A DNA stretch of 64,000 nt from Paragordius varius (lineage: Eukaryota > Animalia > Nematomorpha): positions 10,974,001 to 11,038,000 of the forward strand of contig OZ176053.1 in NCBI GenBank assembly GCA_964247055.1, read 5' to 3'. Position numbers and translations under genes: made by a program. Positions 51,104-64,000 of the stretch are shown here, in pieces (the first letter of the stretch is position 1; each line of letters starts with the position of its first letter). The notes under the pieces are model-generated. The model saw only the letters and a list, made by a program, of their open reading frames with translations, made no database searches and had not been told where the DNA came from.

Positions 51104-54100
51104 ATGTTAGCAATATTTATTTTGTCTATAAATATTTTTTTCTGTCATTCCTTGGATAGCGAAATTTTGACCAATTCACAAGTAAATACGTATACTATAT
51201 TGCCACAACATTTATTAGGAAAAAAATTTCTTGTAATTAATCACTTGTATTTTTTCAAAGTTATCAAATTTACTTATTTATTATTAAAATCTCTTTTTTT
51301 GCTGTAAATATTCATATTGCCAATTTGAGATTTAAAAGTTAATATATCTTACCAAATTAGATACGATCGTATTTTTGTTTTTCGTAAAGATGTAAAGCGG
51401 TAACAAATGATTAAAAGACTTGCTCTGTCTTAACAAAAAATGGAGAAAGCTGCTTGTTTGCCCTCTCTATAATTTTTTTTTCTTTTGTATCCCTCACTAT
51501 TTGATGCGAATTTCTTTTTCTTTTTGAGGTTGCAATCGTAAATAGAAAACCGTTTTGCAATGTCACTAGTCATAATTTATTTTACTCCGATTTTCACAAA
51601 CCAATTATAAATCTTTTAGCATATAAGTACTTACTGTGTTTATCCTACAGTTTATAAAGATCGATATACCATAATCAAAGGCTTCGTTTTATATTCGCTT
51701 TAGATGATATAATATTACAATACTTTTTTATAGCAAAAATTAAATCTTTAGACAAATAATTTATTTAAAAATAATTGTCAAATATACATCCAATAAATAG
51801 TTGAGTGATGTGGTTAAGATAAAGTATAATATCAAGCAATGAGGCAAAATTACCCATGTTTAAAATTTTATTTTTTGCAGGAACAATTCATAAAAAATAT
51901 TCGAGGATATCCATACGAAAAACATAAAGTTATCACTCAAGATGGTTACATAATAACACTTCATCGAATTTGTCACAAATGCAGTAGGTATGATGGAAGA
52001 AATAACCTATCAAATTTTTCTGAAAGAAAAAAAAGCCATAAACCCGTCATATTTCTTTTGCATGGGTTACTGAGCAGCTCCTTTGATTTCATTATAAACT
52101 ATTCCAATCAAAGTTTGGGTAATTTATTTCGTATCAGTTTATAGAATTAATAATATTTTTTAAAGAAAATGTATGAAACCTAAAAAATTCTTTAGCTAAT
52201 ATATTGCCATTGTTATAATATAAAGAGGGAGAACAGGATCGGTTTTTAATTACATGTATTTATTATGTAATCAAACACGGATGGATGCAATTTGTGCGAA
52301 AAATGCACACTACGTCATTGATTGTGCGTTGGTCATTAAGGCTAACTAAATATATTTAGCCTTTTCGTATAAGATAACAAATTAGCAGAATCTCCAAAGT
52401 GGTAAAGGGGCGTGATGATTTAATTTCTGATAATTATAACATCTCATTTTCATTAGCCCCAGAATAACCATAAATCTTCCTTTAAAAAACTGAAGATAAT
52501 TTTCGTTAATAAATCTTTACACAATTTTTTGAAAAAAATAACGTTTTTTAGAAATTGGCTTTGTTTTTTGCTTTAAGGTAAATATTTAATTGTTCGATAT
52601 TTATACAAAAACTGATTTTTACCAGAAATATTGATTGAAGAAACATAAACAAAAATGCCAAACTTACAAGAGCTATTTAATTGAAATTACTTGTGAATTT
52701 AAATACGCTAAAAGATCAAATAAAGCAAATCTTCAATAAAGTTGTTTTATATACCAGTCATAAAGCGCTTTGAAATTGGAGATGCGTTTATAGTGGTTTT
52801 TTAGAAAAAAACCTTTTAAGCGGTCCTGATTATGGCAATAGGCCCTAAGCCGTGGTTTCTGCAAAAAAATTTAAAGCCTATCAAGGTTTCCAAGTTCCTT
52901 CATTTAAAAATACTAATATTCGACCATAGCAGATACGATTTTTTGGCATCTGTAGTTATGACACATCCTCTAAATTAACTTAACTCTAGCATAATTTTTT
53001 AATATTGAGATCTTTAAGCTGAAACACTATCGTTTTAATTGGAATTGGGTTAATTATATTATTGGTGAATTTAATGTTTAAAATAAATTTCTAATTTCAA
53101 TATTAGCTTATGTACTTGCGGACGCTGGATTTGATGTTTGGTTGGGAGATTGTCGAGGTAATTCATATTCATTAAAGCATGTTCGGATGAATAGTAAAAA
53201 CGATGATTTTTGGGAATGGAGGTATTTAAAAATATTTTTATTATGTTATATATATATATATATATATATATGTAATTCAACAGATCGGAGTATTCATAAT
53301 ATGTTATCAACTAAGCTTTTTGTATGATTTTCGGGAATGAATTTTTAAGCAACATAACTTTGTATTTGACTATCATACGCTTTTAAAGCTAGGAATGGGG
53401 GTAGAAACCTAATCAAGCTGTAGTTTTGCCTTTTTATAATTAATTTGGTAACATTTACAATATTTTGCAACAAAAAGTTATGATGAAATAGCACGATACG
53501 ATGTTCCAGCCTTCATCAATTACATCTTGAGTGCAACTAAACGTAAACAATTGTACTATGTTGGCCATTCTCAGGGATGCAGAGTGGCATTGGCCTATTT
53601 TGCTGGGAAGTATGAGGAGGCTCAGAAAATTCGTTTGTTAATTTGCCTAGCACCAGCAATCTATTTAGCAAACGTGCTATCTCCCCTTAAAAACGTGGGG
53701 CCTTATCTAAGAACCCTTAAATTTTTCACAAATTTAAATGGAGAAAAGGGCTTCCTAATTGGATCACAACATAATTTTTTTAAGTCCAAATCTCTCATAT
53801 CTGCATTTTGTCCCAAACCCATAAAAGATATTTGTCAAAATTATTTTATAGCTGGTGGTCCTGACACAGGAAACATTGATCAAGTATAATTAACATTAAT
53901 AATAATATTCTGCTGTGTAAACATAAAATTATATTTTATTATAAAATTTTAAAAATACACAGAGAAGGAGGGACATTATCCAAAGTCACGTGCCTCAGGG
54001 GACTTCTTTTAAAAATTTGGAACATTACATGCAAGCATTGTCAAAACCCGGATTCCCAATGTTTAATTATGGTAAACGCGAAAATTTGAACAGATATAAA

Positions 54101-54438
54101 ATGGTTAGAGTCTTTAATTTTTAACGTATAAAATGTAAAAGTGTTTTAATATAAAATAAAAATCGTTGTAAAATAATATTTTAATATGTTTGTTGTAGAA
54201 GTATCCACCGAATTATAATATGTCTAACATGGTAATACCCACAATTATTTTTTGGGGCCTTAATGATACATTGGCGACACCGAAAGATACGTTTGATTTA
54301 GTGAATACGTTACCAAATCTTATTGGTACATTCAGTTTCAATAATACTAATCATATGGATTTTGTTTATAGTCAAAATGCTCAAAACGATTATTATCAAA
54401 TCATAGTAAATTTGATAAAACGTATGAAAATTAAATAA
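51104..54438 (+). CDS. Secreted acid lipase (LIPA/gastric lipase family), paralog 1, 405 aa
   Basis: Exons 51104-51181, 51881-52118, 53107-53221, 53478-53883, 53963-54103, 54199-54438. Motifs: signal peptide, GYPYEKHKVITQDGY, LLHGLLSSS, LADAGFDVWLGDCRGN, GHSQG (Ser), NDTLA (Asp), NHMDF (His). Confidence 0.92.
53247..53271. repeat. (TA)n microsatellite in lipase 1 intron 3
   Basis: About 12 perfect TA units. Confidence 0.9.
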
Positions 54439-54641
54439 AGTATTTTTAACTTTTTTAACGCTTAATTAGAATTTTATGTCTGATTGTGGATGATTTAATT
54501 CAAGCCTTAATAGTGTAGTTTTAATTCAGCACAACTTTATCTAATATCATATCAGTCGAAAAAATATGTGACTTAGCGCAAACATAATTTTATTAACCAA
54601 TGCGAAATTATATTTATTAAAAATCGGATAAGGTGTTTCTC

Positions 54642-57600
54642 TTAAACCATGCCATTCATAAATTCAATTATTTTGACATAATAATCCTTAGGGGCATTCG
54701 TTCCGTAAGTAAAATCAAAATGATTTGCGTTTTCGAATTTATAGTTGCCCACAACTTTATGCAGTTTAGGTATGAGTTTTTCGACATCAATAGGATCAGC
54801 TAACCAATCTTGCGTGCTCCAAAACAAAATGGTTGGGACATTCATTTTGGTTAAATCGTATTCTGGTGCCTGGAGCTATATTAATATTAAGTTAAATTAA
54901 TATATTTGTGAAAATATTTTTATGATCTATCATTCAACTACAATAAACATTAAGCCCGATTGTAAGAAAACTACCTGAATTTTCTACATCATGATGTCTA
55001 ATAATCTATATATTTATAAAAATAGAAAATGCTGGCTTTGTGATCTGTTTCCGGAAAACCGGTGGTTTTTTTGAAGGTCCACAAAAATCCGGAAAACGTG
55101 TTGGGCCATTCGATAATGTGATTTTTTTAATTATCTTGGACTAAGCCGAGCATATTCGGCTCGCTTTTTTAATTTAAGCCCTCTTTTACCCACTCCCCCG
55201 TAAAATGCCATTTTTTTCAATAAAGTTCACAAAAATAATTTTTTGAATCTATTTTACGCCCTAGGTCTGAAACCGTAAAAATGTAATGAGGTTTTCTGGT
55301 ATTCCCTGTTAAAATGAAAAGATTATGATCAAGCCTTTTTATATTGGCTACTGGGTAAGTAGAGACCCGCTAAAAACTGCCCCGTCCTATTGAAATAGCG
55401 TGCCTTTGGGGCTAAATTTCATAACACCTATCAGGCCATATAAGTTAAAAAGGGCTTGAAATATTACCTAACAAGGCAAAATTTAGTTCACGCGGGTTTA
55501 TAAAATTAGATGTTAATTAGGCCTTTCACGCCCTGAAAAATGCGCCACCATAGATTTATTTTTTAGTTTTGAGATAATTTTTGCAAAAACTAATGAGAAC
55601 ATATGGGATCAATTATCATTCCAGGTATTTTCCGTAAAAAGGCAATTTAAATCAAGCGCTTTTTTTGTATCAGCCTCTGGGTTGGAAGCTACACGCCTAA
55701 AACTGCGCCACCTCGATATTGCGTTGTTTAGGATTTAATTTTCAGAAAACTTATCAGGCCATATGAGTTCAATAAGGGCTTGAAATATTACTCGTAAAAA
55801 TTACATCTCAAAAATATTTGAGGTGATGATGGAACTACCAAAGGGCTACCCAAAACAAAAATTTAAGTTTATCGGTTTTTTAAAATTAGGGGTTAATTAG
55901 GCCCTTTACGCCCAATGCCCTATGATTGAACTATTATTTAGTTTTAAAGCCATTCTTCCAAAAAACTATTAAGAACATATGGAATGAACAGGTATTACCC
56001 TATAAAGAAATAATTTTTACAAACGTCTTTTTTTATTGGCCTCTGGGCAGGAGGCTACCCGTGTAAAACTGCTTCATCATATCGATAAAACATGCCTTTT
56101 GAGCCAAATTTCATAAAAACCTAGAGACTAATAGGAACATATGAATCCATAATAATTCTAAATATTCACATATAAAGGCATTCCCAACGCTTTTTTATAC
56201 CTGCTCCTGGGTAAGAGGCTACCGGCCAAAAACCGCGCCCCTATATAGAAATTGCGTGGTTTTGGAACTAATTTAAAGAAACTTTATGAAGCCATATCAC
56301 CTTATTAAAATCTTAAAATGTTACCCGTAACTAGGTAAAAATTAAGGTCGGGTTTTTTTATTAGCCGTTAATTTGGGGTCTTTGTGTTTTAAAAATACGC
56401 CATTTTATAACGATTATTTAGTGTGAGGTATTTTCGAATAACCCATGAGACGATGGTATTAAAGATGATTCCAAATATTTGCCCTATAAAGGCAAATTTA
56501 ACTCAGCGCTTTTTCCATATAGGTTTATTAGTAGGGGTCTACCGGTTTAAAACTGAGACGCTATAAAAAATGGCGTGGTTTTGGAGCTAATTTTCAAAAA
56601 ACTTAAGAAGCCATACGAGTTCAGTCAAACACATTTCTGGAGAATTTGTATAATATCATTCTATCCTTTAAAAAGGAACCGCAAAGGATCTATTTTTAAT
56701 ATCCCTTGATCCCAGCTGTGTGAATACAATTTTGAAATAAAACTTTTAACCATGATTTCGTAAAAACAAAAATCTTAAAATAAAAATGATAGTTGAATAT
56801 TAACTTTAATAATGGACAGTTTAAATATGGTCAATTTCGAGTAAACAATATTTTGTGCAAAAACCCGTGGAATAATTAAAGACATTCTTTTTATTTAATA
56901 TGTTTTTTATTATTTTTTTATCTCCATTACCTCTATTTATTGCAAATTATTAAGAATTAATATAGGTAAGACTACGCCACAGCGAAGCGTGACAGGGCTA
57001 GCTAGTAAGTATATAAAAGTAAAATTTAATTAAACTTTGATTAATATTAAATTTATTATAATATATAATTATTAGTAATATACTACAAATATTTGGAAAA
57101 CCATAAAAACCCACAAACCTGTTGGGCTGGCGATTAAAAAAGATTTAACAAGACTGCCATTTATTTAGCAATATAACCAATATATTACGTTAACTTTTTT
57201 ACTAACCGCTTTGCGTTTCCTTTTTCCATCAGGCAAATAATATGTAATCCTTTATTATTTAATTTAAAAGCCGTGCTTATATTTTTAGCTATATGTGGAT
57301 TGTAATAATTTTCGAAGATAATCCTTTTTAAACAAAATAAGTTTGAAATAAATGTTAAAATTTGGAATCAAAATATAATAATTTATCTTTATAAACTTTG
57401 ATTTATATAAACAATCATAAATCTTACCTTACCATACTTCTTGAGGTTACCTATGAAACCGTAATCATACATAGAAAATGAACTTTTCATTATTCCTTGG
57501 GAGAAATGAGCTATGTTTTTGACTGACGTACCGGCTGGATAGTGGCCAAAGTATATTGGAACCCGTTTCTAAAAAATATTGATTTATAGCTTTAAATCGT

Positions 57601-60600
57601 ATATATATATTATATATATAGAATATAGGTTTATTTACAAATTAAATGATTTTTTATATATTTTATAATTATTAAAAATTTTGAATTAATTATAATTTAT
57701 TAATATCATTTCTTTTGTTTTAGTTTATCCATTAAAAAAGATACCATGTTTCGATAATTGTGATAACTAATACAATAAATTTTACGACAATTTATTAAAA
57801 GAAAATAGTGTTCAGTAGCGCATACCCCTATCAAAAAACTACATACCCTAAATATATATTCTAATCAGATATTATATATGGAGGATTAGGCATTAATTCT
57901 TTTAGACTATATATCTACATATCTTAAAACGATATAAGATGTAATATTATATCATAATACCCTATCTGTGTTCCCCATATCTGGACCACCTGTAATGGCT
58001 AACCAATTAGAACACAGGGCAGATTCCAAAATAGTACAGGCATGTTCAGATATCCAATTCATAAAAGCATCATTAGGCGCAAATTCTTTGCTTCCCAACA
58101 AATCCGTTAATAAACTAAATGCGGTGGAAAATGGTGCAATAGCTCTAATCGGTGCTTTTATATTATCCAAATACACGACAGGGGCTAAAGCAAAAAATGC
58201 CTTAATTTTCTTCGCTAATTTTTGGTTAGCGGAAAATGCTGCAAAAGCTATCATAGTTCCTTGACTGTGTCCAACGTAAAATATTTGTTCCTTTCCGGTT
58301 TTGTCTGTCACGAAATCAATGAGTGCCGGTAAATCGTACTTGGACATTTCATCATGGCTAAAATTTTGAAAATAATGCATAATTACAATATATTTGGATT
58401 AAACTTTCCATATGACCGATTAAATGGTTTTGATAAAGGTTTAGGACTATTTAGCAATAACACCACATTTAGTGAGTTGAACCATCTTTAAAAATATATA
58501 ACATTTATATAATATCGATTTTTGAACAAAATTTATTTCGTTATTATAATCTTTTTATCAAATAATATTAATTCCATATCTGAGAATTCTTAATTATTTA
58601 TACATAACCTTATGGCAAAAAATTTAACATGTCAATTGCAAAAAAAACGCCGTAAAGATTATAAATCCTATCCTAATAAATTTACTGCTTTTGTCCAGTC
58701 TACGTCATTCTTAGTTTCAAAGTTATAATTTGAGTAATAAATCGTTTAGAAAATAAAATGAGTTGAGCAACAACCTCCAATCCCAAAACTCAGTTTTAGA
58801 TGGGCTATAAGCTACATGTTTGCGAGAGAATTTGTTTCCACGGATGTCACCGAGCCAAACATCGTATCCCGCATCAGCCAAAATGTAACCTAAAAATTGA
58901 AAATGTATATAAAAATGACAAGATTTATTTATTATATTTAATTTAGATAATAAAAATATTGTTGGTAATTTATATTAATTTCCTACTTAAACTAAATATT
59001 TTTTGCGACTAATTTCATCCATATTTATTTGTATATTTGGCAAAATAAGTTACAATGTATAGATAAAAATGAAAAAAATTGTTTATATAAAAAAATGTAA
59101 TTTAGTAATTTATAAGTTTTCGGACAATTATTTTTATTAAATAAATCCCATTATTGAAATTAATTAAATATAAATGTAATATTTATATAGGTTAAAAACA
59201 GTAAAATGCTTATGTTTTGCTTAAATGATAATTATGAATAAGATTATCCGAATTTATTGAGATTTAGTGTCGGGAATCGAATCTTTTAAATCCAACATAA
59301 TAATTATGTATAGCATTTTATTTACCTAAGCTAATGTTGGCTGCGTTCATCAAAAAATCACAAGATGTACAAAGTAGCCCATGTTGAAGATAGACTACCC
59401 CTTTGGACTTTGAGGTCTGCTGTTTTCCATGTGGTATGCGATGCAATTGAAGGATAAAACCATCTTCCGTAGTTACCTCATAATTTTCATATGGATATCC
59501 TCGCTTTACAATAAATTCCTTCTATAATTTTGGTAGTAGTAATAAAAATATATAATACCAATTATAGGATCAAAAATATTATTGTCAATTTTGTTAATTT
59601 TGGATAAAAAAACTTACCTGCTTTCATACCCCCAAAAAAGTTTGGGTGCCACGTTATAAGGAAAATAAACTTAAAAACTGATATTTAGCGGTCAGATGCT
59701 TTTTATTTTTATCGCAAATTAGTGGATTATTGTAAAGATAATAAGTTAGCTTATAAGATTCGACATTTATAAAGTAAAGCGTTCAAAATAAAGGAATCAG
59801 ATTAGATAAATTAATAAGGATTCTTCGTAACAATTCGTATCTATTTATGAAATGTAAAAATTTAGCTTAAACATGAATTTTGTCTAAGCTTAGTTTTAAA
59901 CAACCAAATTGTCACTTTTCAAAAACATGCGATTGACCCGTTCGGTACCTGATATGTTGAAAAAAATTTCTTTAAAAAAATCAAAACAAAATTATATATT
60001 TATATTAAATAAAAAAATAGGCATAATATATAAAAAATAGTTTGTTTTCCATCTCTGTGGTTCCTATCTTTTATCAACAAATATTTAGTAACTTAGTGTT
60101 TAAAAACTAAGAGTTGGAAACTGGTACTTTAATTAATTTTACATTTCATCCCCTTTACTTGTTACAAATTTTTGGGATCAATTTAATATTATTTAAAAAA
60201 ATGATTTTTGCATTTTAGACGCTTTAGTATATCATAAAGAAAAAATGTAATTTTTCCTTATTCATAGATACGCAAAATATTCTCTGATAAATCAAACGAA
60301 TTCTTTTAAAGCTGACTTTAGAAAACCAGTTTGTAAGTTTACTCTCCATACATGCAAACACCATTCTGGATTCTGAAAATTGCTGTGTTATAAAATCCAT
60401 AAAAACCATTTTTACCCTAAATTTCGGACATTATGATATACACATATATAATATCAAATATGATCTATTTTGGCTCAATGTCTTAAATATTAAAAAGACG
60501 CTTAAAATTTTTAAAAAATGATGAGATTATAAATATTTAATGTGAATGCATATACATGCTCCGAGATTAACTTTGGAGTAAATGTAATCCAATAATTATT

Positions 60601-60783
60601 TATCAATCATAGTATTTGCATTGTGTCATTATTAACTCAGTCATCAAAAAAATATGAAACCTAAAAATAGGTTTAGTTTACCGGACTCATATGAATTTCC
60701 GAAAAAATGTCAGGATCCACATCCCCATCCCCATAAACTGAATTGAAAAAAAGGCTTAAACACAATATATATCCAATAATCAT
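54642..60783 (-). CDS. Secreted acid lipase (LIPA/gastric lipase family), paralog 2, 394 aa
   Basis: Exons 60783-60682, 59521-59326, 58889-58775, 58357-57961, 57568-57428, 54875-54642. Motifs: signal peptide, [56 protein letters not shown]. Intron positions and phases are the same as in paralog 1. Confidence 0.93.
55005..57005 (+). mobile_element. Non-autonomous Helitron (possibly chimeric) in the last intron of lipase 2
   Basis: 5' end a|TCTATATATTTATAAAAATAGAAAATGCTGG. 3' end CCACAGCGAAGCGTG hairpin ... GCTAG|t. It sits between A and T with no TSD. Confidence 0.75.
55330..56620 (+). repeat. Degenerate tandem sub-repeat array inside the Helitron (period ~165/330 bp)
   Basis: A CTGGG(T)A.GAGGCTACC.G...AAAACTGCGCC-like core recurs at ~55351, 55677, 56041, 56207 and 56531, each followed by GCTAATTT..AAAAACTTA..GGCCATATGAG-like motifs. 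Confidence 0.8.
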
Positions 60784-61454
60784 TATAAATAAATTTAAAA
60801 AAATAAAAAAAATGTTTTTTATCTTTAAAATTTCAAATTTAATTCTTCTCAACCTATAGATATAAAAGTAAAAGTTCATGCGTAAGTGTTTGACTCTTAT
60901 GAACTTTTTCCATATGTGTTTAGAATTATGAAGGAAATATTATAACTAAATCAAAAGATTTTAATTATGATTAATGGAATTAAAAATTATAATATATTTT
61001 AAAAAATTGGAATAACCAATTATCATGCTAGTTATTATTGAATTTAAGCTTTGGCAAAAAAAAGTAAAAAAAAATAGTGAGCTATTGGAATCGGATGAGT
61101 TTTGGGTTATGGTTTTTGAAAACATTGTCCATGTGCGTTTGGTTGGCTCTTCTTGACGGATCAATGCGATGAGATAATTATGGAATATATAATTTGCTAA
61201 CTCACCTCAAAACCGCAGCTTTGAAAAAGATGTAATTTTTAACTTGTATTTCTTTAAAATTTACGGGACAGACCTGTTTTGATCTGAACAAAGCAATCAT
61301 ATAACAGAATTAAAAATAAATATACATATATATTTGATCAATAATCGATACCAAAATCAAAACGAAACGGAAAAATTTTATATACGTAGTTAGCTAGTAT
61401 AGCTGATCAATCTAAAATTACATAGCAATTAACCTTCTAAAAATATATAATTTA

Positions 61455-62560
61455 CTAGCGTAAATCACGTTGCTACGCAGCCCGAGGAAGTCCTTTGACT
61501 TCTGGGGGGGGGGGGGGGTCTATTTGAAAAAAGGGACACTAAAATGATTCACATATGTGGATTATTTCGAAACATTATTTAATAACTATGATCTCATAGG
61601 AATTTTAAAAATGTGCATTCATACTAATTATCGTTTACTTGGGCGAAAAATAGATTCAAAAAATTATTTTTGTGGACTTTGTTTTTTAAAAAAAATGGCA
61701 TATTACGGGGGGGGAGCGGGTAAAACAGGGCCTAAATTAAAAAAGCGAGACGACTATGTTCGGCGCAATCAAAAATAAGTAAACAAAAATCATATTTGAA
61801 ATTGAATGGTCCAACACGTTCTTCGGAAAATTGTCTCAAAGACACGATTTTTGTGGACTTTAATTTTCAAAAAAATTGTTTTGGACACGGGGTGAGCCCG
61901 AACTGGGGGCGCAATTCAAAAAAGAGCGAAGCTATTGTCGGGACATTTATTAATGATTATAATTTTTCGATATTTGGATTTGAATGGGTCTATCGGTTTT
62001 CCGGAATCAGATCACAAAGCTACATGACGGGTCAGTTTTTCGCGGTTAGCTCCTTACCCAGCAGCTATCATCAAAGAAACGCTTGACTAAATTTTTTTGC
62101 CTTTTAACAGAAAATACGTGGAATCCTTATTGAATTTTACGGTCTCATACCTTGGGCGGAAAATAGAATCAAAAAATTATTTTTGTGGACTTATTTTTTT
62201 TAAAAAAATGCCATTTTACGGGAGGAGCGGGTAAAAGAGGGCCTAAATTAAAAAAGCTAGCCGACTATGTTCGGCGCAATCGAAAATAAGTAAATAAAAA
62301 TCATATTTGAAATTGAATGGTCCAACACCTTCTCAGGAAAATTGTCTCAAAGACACGATTTTTGTGGACTTTTATTTTCAATAAAACCGTTTTGTACACG
62401 GGTGGGCCCGAACTGGGGGTGCAATTCAAAAAAGGGCAAAGCTATTGTCGGGGCATTTATTAGTGATTATATTTTTTCGATATTTGGATTTGAATGGGTC
62501 CACCGGTTTTCCGGGAACAGATCACAAAGCCAGCTTTTTCCATTTTTATAAATATATAGA
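61455..62560 (-). mobile_element. Complete 1,106-bp non-autonomous Helitron upstream of lipase 2
   Basis: On the minus strand: a|TCTATATATTTATAAAAATGGAAAAAGCTGG ... GAAGTCAAAGGACTTC (perfect 6-bp hairpin) ... TTTACGCTAG|t. Internal ~390-bp direct duplication (61639-62020 vs 62152-62530). Confidence 0.85.
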
Positions 62561-63127
62561 TTTCACATGCTATAAATAATGTAAAATATAATATAAATAT
62601 GATTAAATATATTGTTTAAACCTATTCTCCAGGTGAATATGTTAGTAGTCCTATCCCCTCTTAAATCGGGGAATTTTTTTCCAAATTCTTTTGGCGGCAT
62701 TAGCAGATCCCGTTTCCAGCTCTTGCTACTTTTAATTCGGTTTTTGTTTCATCATCTAAAGCTTTAAAAGGGATACTTTCTTATTTCTGCAACCAATTAT
62801 TTAATGTGTTAAGCAGGTCTTGAACGTTATATTAGGCATTCCTCATACCAACATCAACATCTTTATTGGTGTTGAAAATTGGAATATTGTTGTAGGATTA
62901 TATAAATTTAATAGTGTTTTAAATAATTCTGAAATACAAGGTTGGATTAATATCTTTTTTTTGTTTTGCCAAACCAGTGGCACCAACTTAGTTTTAAAAC
63001 TTACGTATTTACCTATAGAATTAGCCATAAAGTTACAGTAATTTATATAAAAAAATAGTTTTAGATGATCATCCAAAAAATATAATATATACCCAATCTA
63101 ATCAAAAATGAGAATTTTTATATAGTA

Positions 63128-64000
63128 CTAGCGTAAATCTCTGGCTGCTCAGCCCAAGGAAATCCTTCGGACTTCTTGGGGGAAGGAGCAAATTTTTTTG
63201 CCTTTATACGCGATCTGCACTCTTAATCAATTTATTATCTCATAATTTTGGTGATAGCCTCAAAAACATATTGTTGAGCGAATTTAATAGTATAAAGGCC
63301 CCAAGCACACCAAATTTTAACAATCTTAACAAAAAAATATTTATTCATCAATGACTTATAAAAAAACTTAAGCACTTATTGGGTGAATCGTGCAAAATAT
63401 TTTCATCGGGTGTGGCTTCTTAAGTTTTTTGAAAATTAGGTCCAAAACCACGCCATTTTTGTATGGTGTCTCAGTTTTAAACCGGTAGACCCCTACCATA
63501 GACCTATATAGAAAAAGCGCTGAGTTAAATTTTTTGCCTTTAGATGAAATATTTGGGATTCTCTTTGATATTATCGTCTCATGTGTTATTCAAAAAAATA
63601 CCTCAAAACAAAGTTATCGTTATTGATGGTGTATTTTTAGGGCATAAGGGTTTCAAAATAACGGCTAATAAAAAAAACCCCACCATCTTTGCCTAGTTAC
63701 GGGTAAAATTTCAAGCTTTTATTGAGCTCATATGGCTCCATAAAATTCCCTAAATTAACTCCAAAACAACGCAATTGCTATATAGTGCGCAGTTTTTGGC
63801 TGGTAGCTCCTTACCCAGGGGCAGGTAAAAAGCGTTGGGCAAACTTTTTGCCTTTATATGGGGAATATCTGGAATTATCATAAATTCCAAATGTTTCTAT
63901 TAAAATCATAAGTTTTCTGAAATTTGGCTCCAAAGGCATGCTGCATCGATATGATGACGCAGTTTTTAACAGGTAGCTCCCTACCCAGAGGCCAATATAA
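63128..64000 (-). mobile_element. Helitron of the same family; 3' portion only, continues beyond the window
   Basis: Same 3' terminus as the 61455 copy (GAAGTCCGAAGGATTTC hairpin ... TTTACGCTAG|t). 63410-64000 is a close reverse complement of ~56030-56615. Confidence 0.82.

Noticed and set aside
55330-56620. Regularly recurring ~30-nt cores that superficially resemble a CRISPR array
   Set aside because: The cores are degenerate, the intervening sequences are themselves homologous, the context is a eukaryotic intron, and there are no cas genes.
61557-62551. ORFs at 61557, 61796 and 62342
   Set aside because: They fall inside the duplicated Helitron block, lack Rep/helicase motifs, and their frames differ between the duplicates.
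62843-63076. Minus-strand ORF with LVPLVWQNKKK...QPCISEL, faintly like a hAT dimerisation domain
   Set aside because: Similarity too weak to call without an HMM search.

Overview
This window is very AT-rich metazoan (probably invertebrate) nuclear DNA with GT-AG spliceosomal introns. I could not identify the species from the sequence. I found no rRNA, tRNA or CRISPR array. Six protein-coding genes can be built by hand. (1) A neuralized-like gene (-), head-to-head with (2) a ~20-exon PHRF1 gene (+, ~2,180 aa). (3) A PRD-class homeobrain homeobox gene (-). (4) An intronless PXYLP1-like histidine acid phosphatase (+). (5, 6) A tail-to-tail pair of intact acid-lipase paralogs with identical intron positions. 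The rest is mostly transposon-derived, and several element ends can be placed to the base: a CACT-ended family with TTA target-site duplications (TSDs), a nested piggyBac-like MITE, a GGG-ended element with AAT TSD, a hAT element with an 8-bp TSD, LINE remnants and three Helitrons. The most notable structures are (a) a ~8.4-kb diverged palindrome at ~32.3-40.7 kb with a 66-nt loop, whose second arm preserves the empty site of an insertion in the first; (b) Helitrons that share a 5' end but have different 3' ends and carry satellite-like internal arrays; and (c) candidate 26-28-nt mini-introns around the neur/PHRF1 divergent promoter. All alignments and identity estimates were made by eye, and family assignments are from recalled consensus motifs, not database searches.
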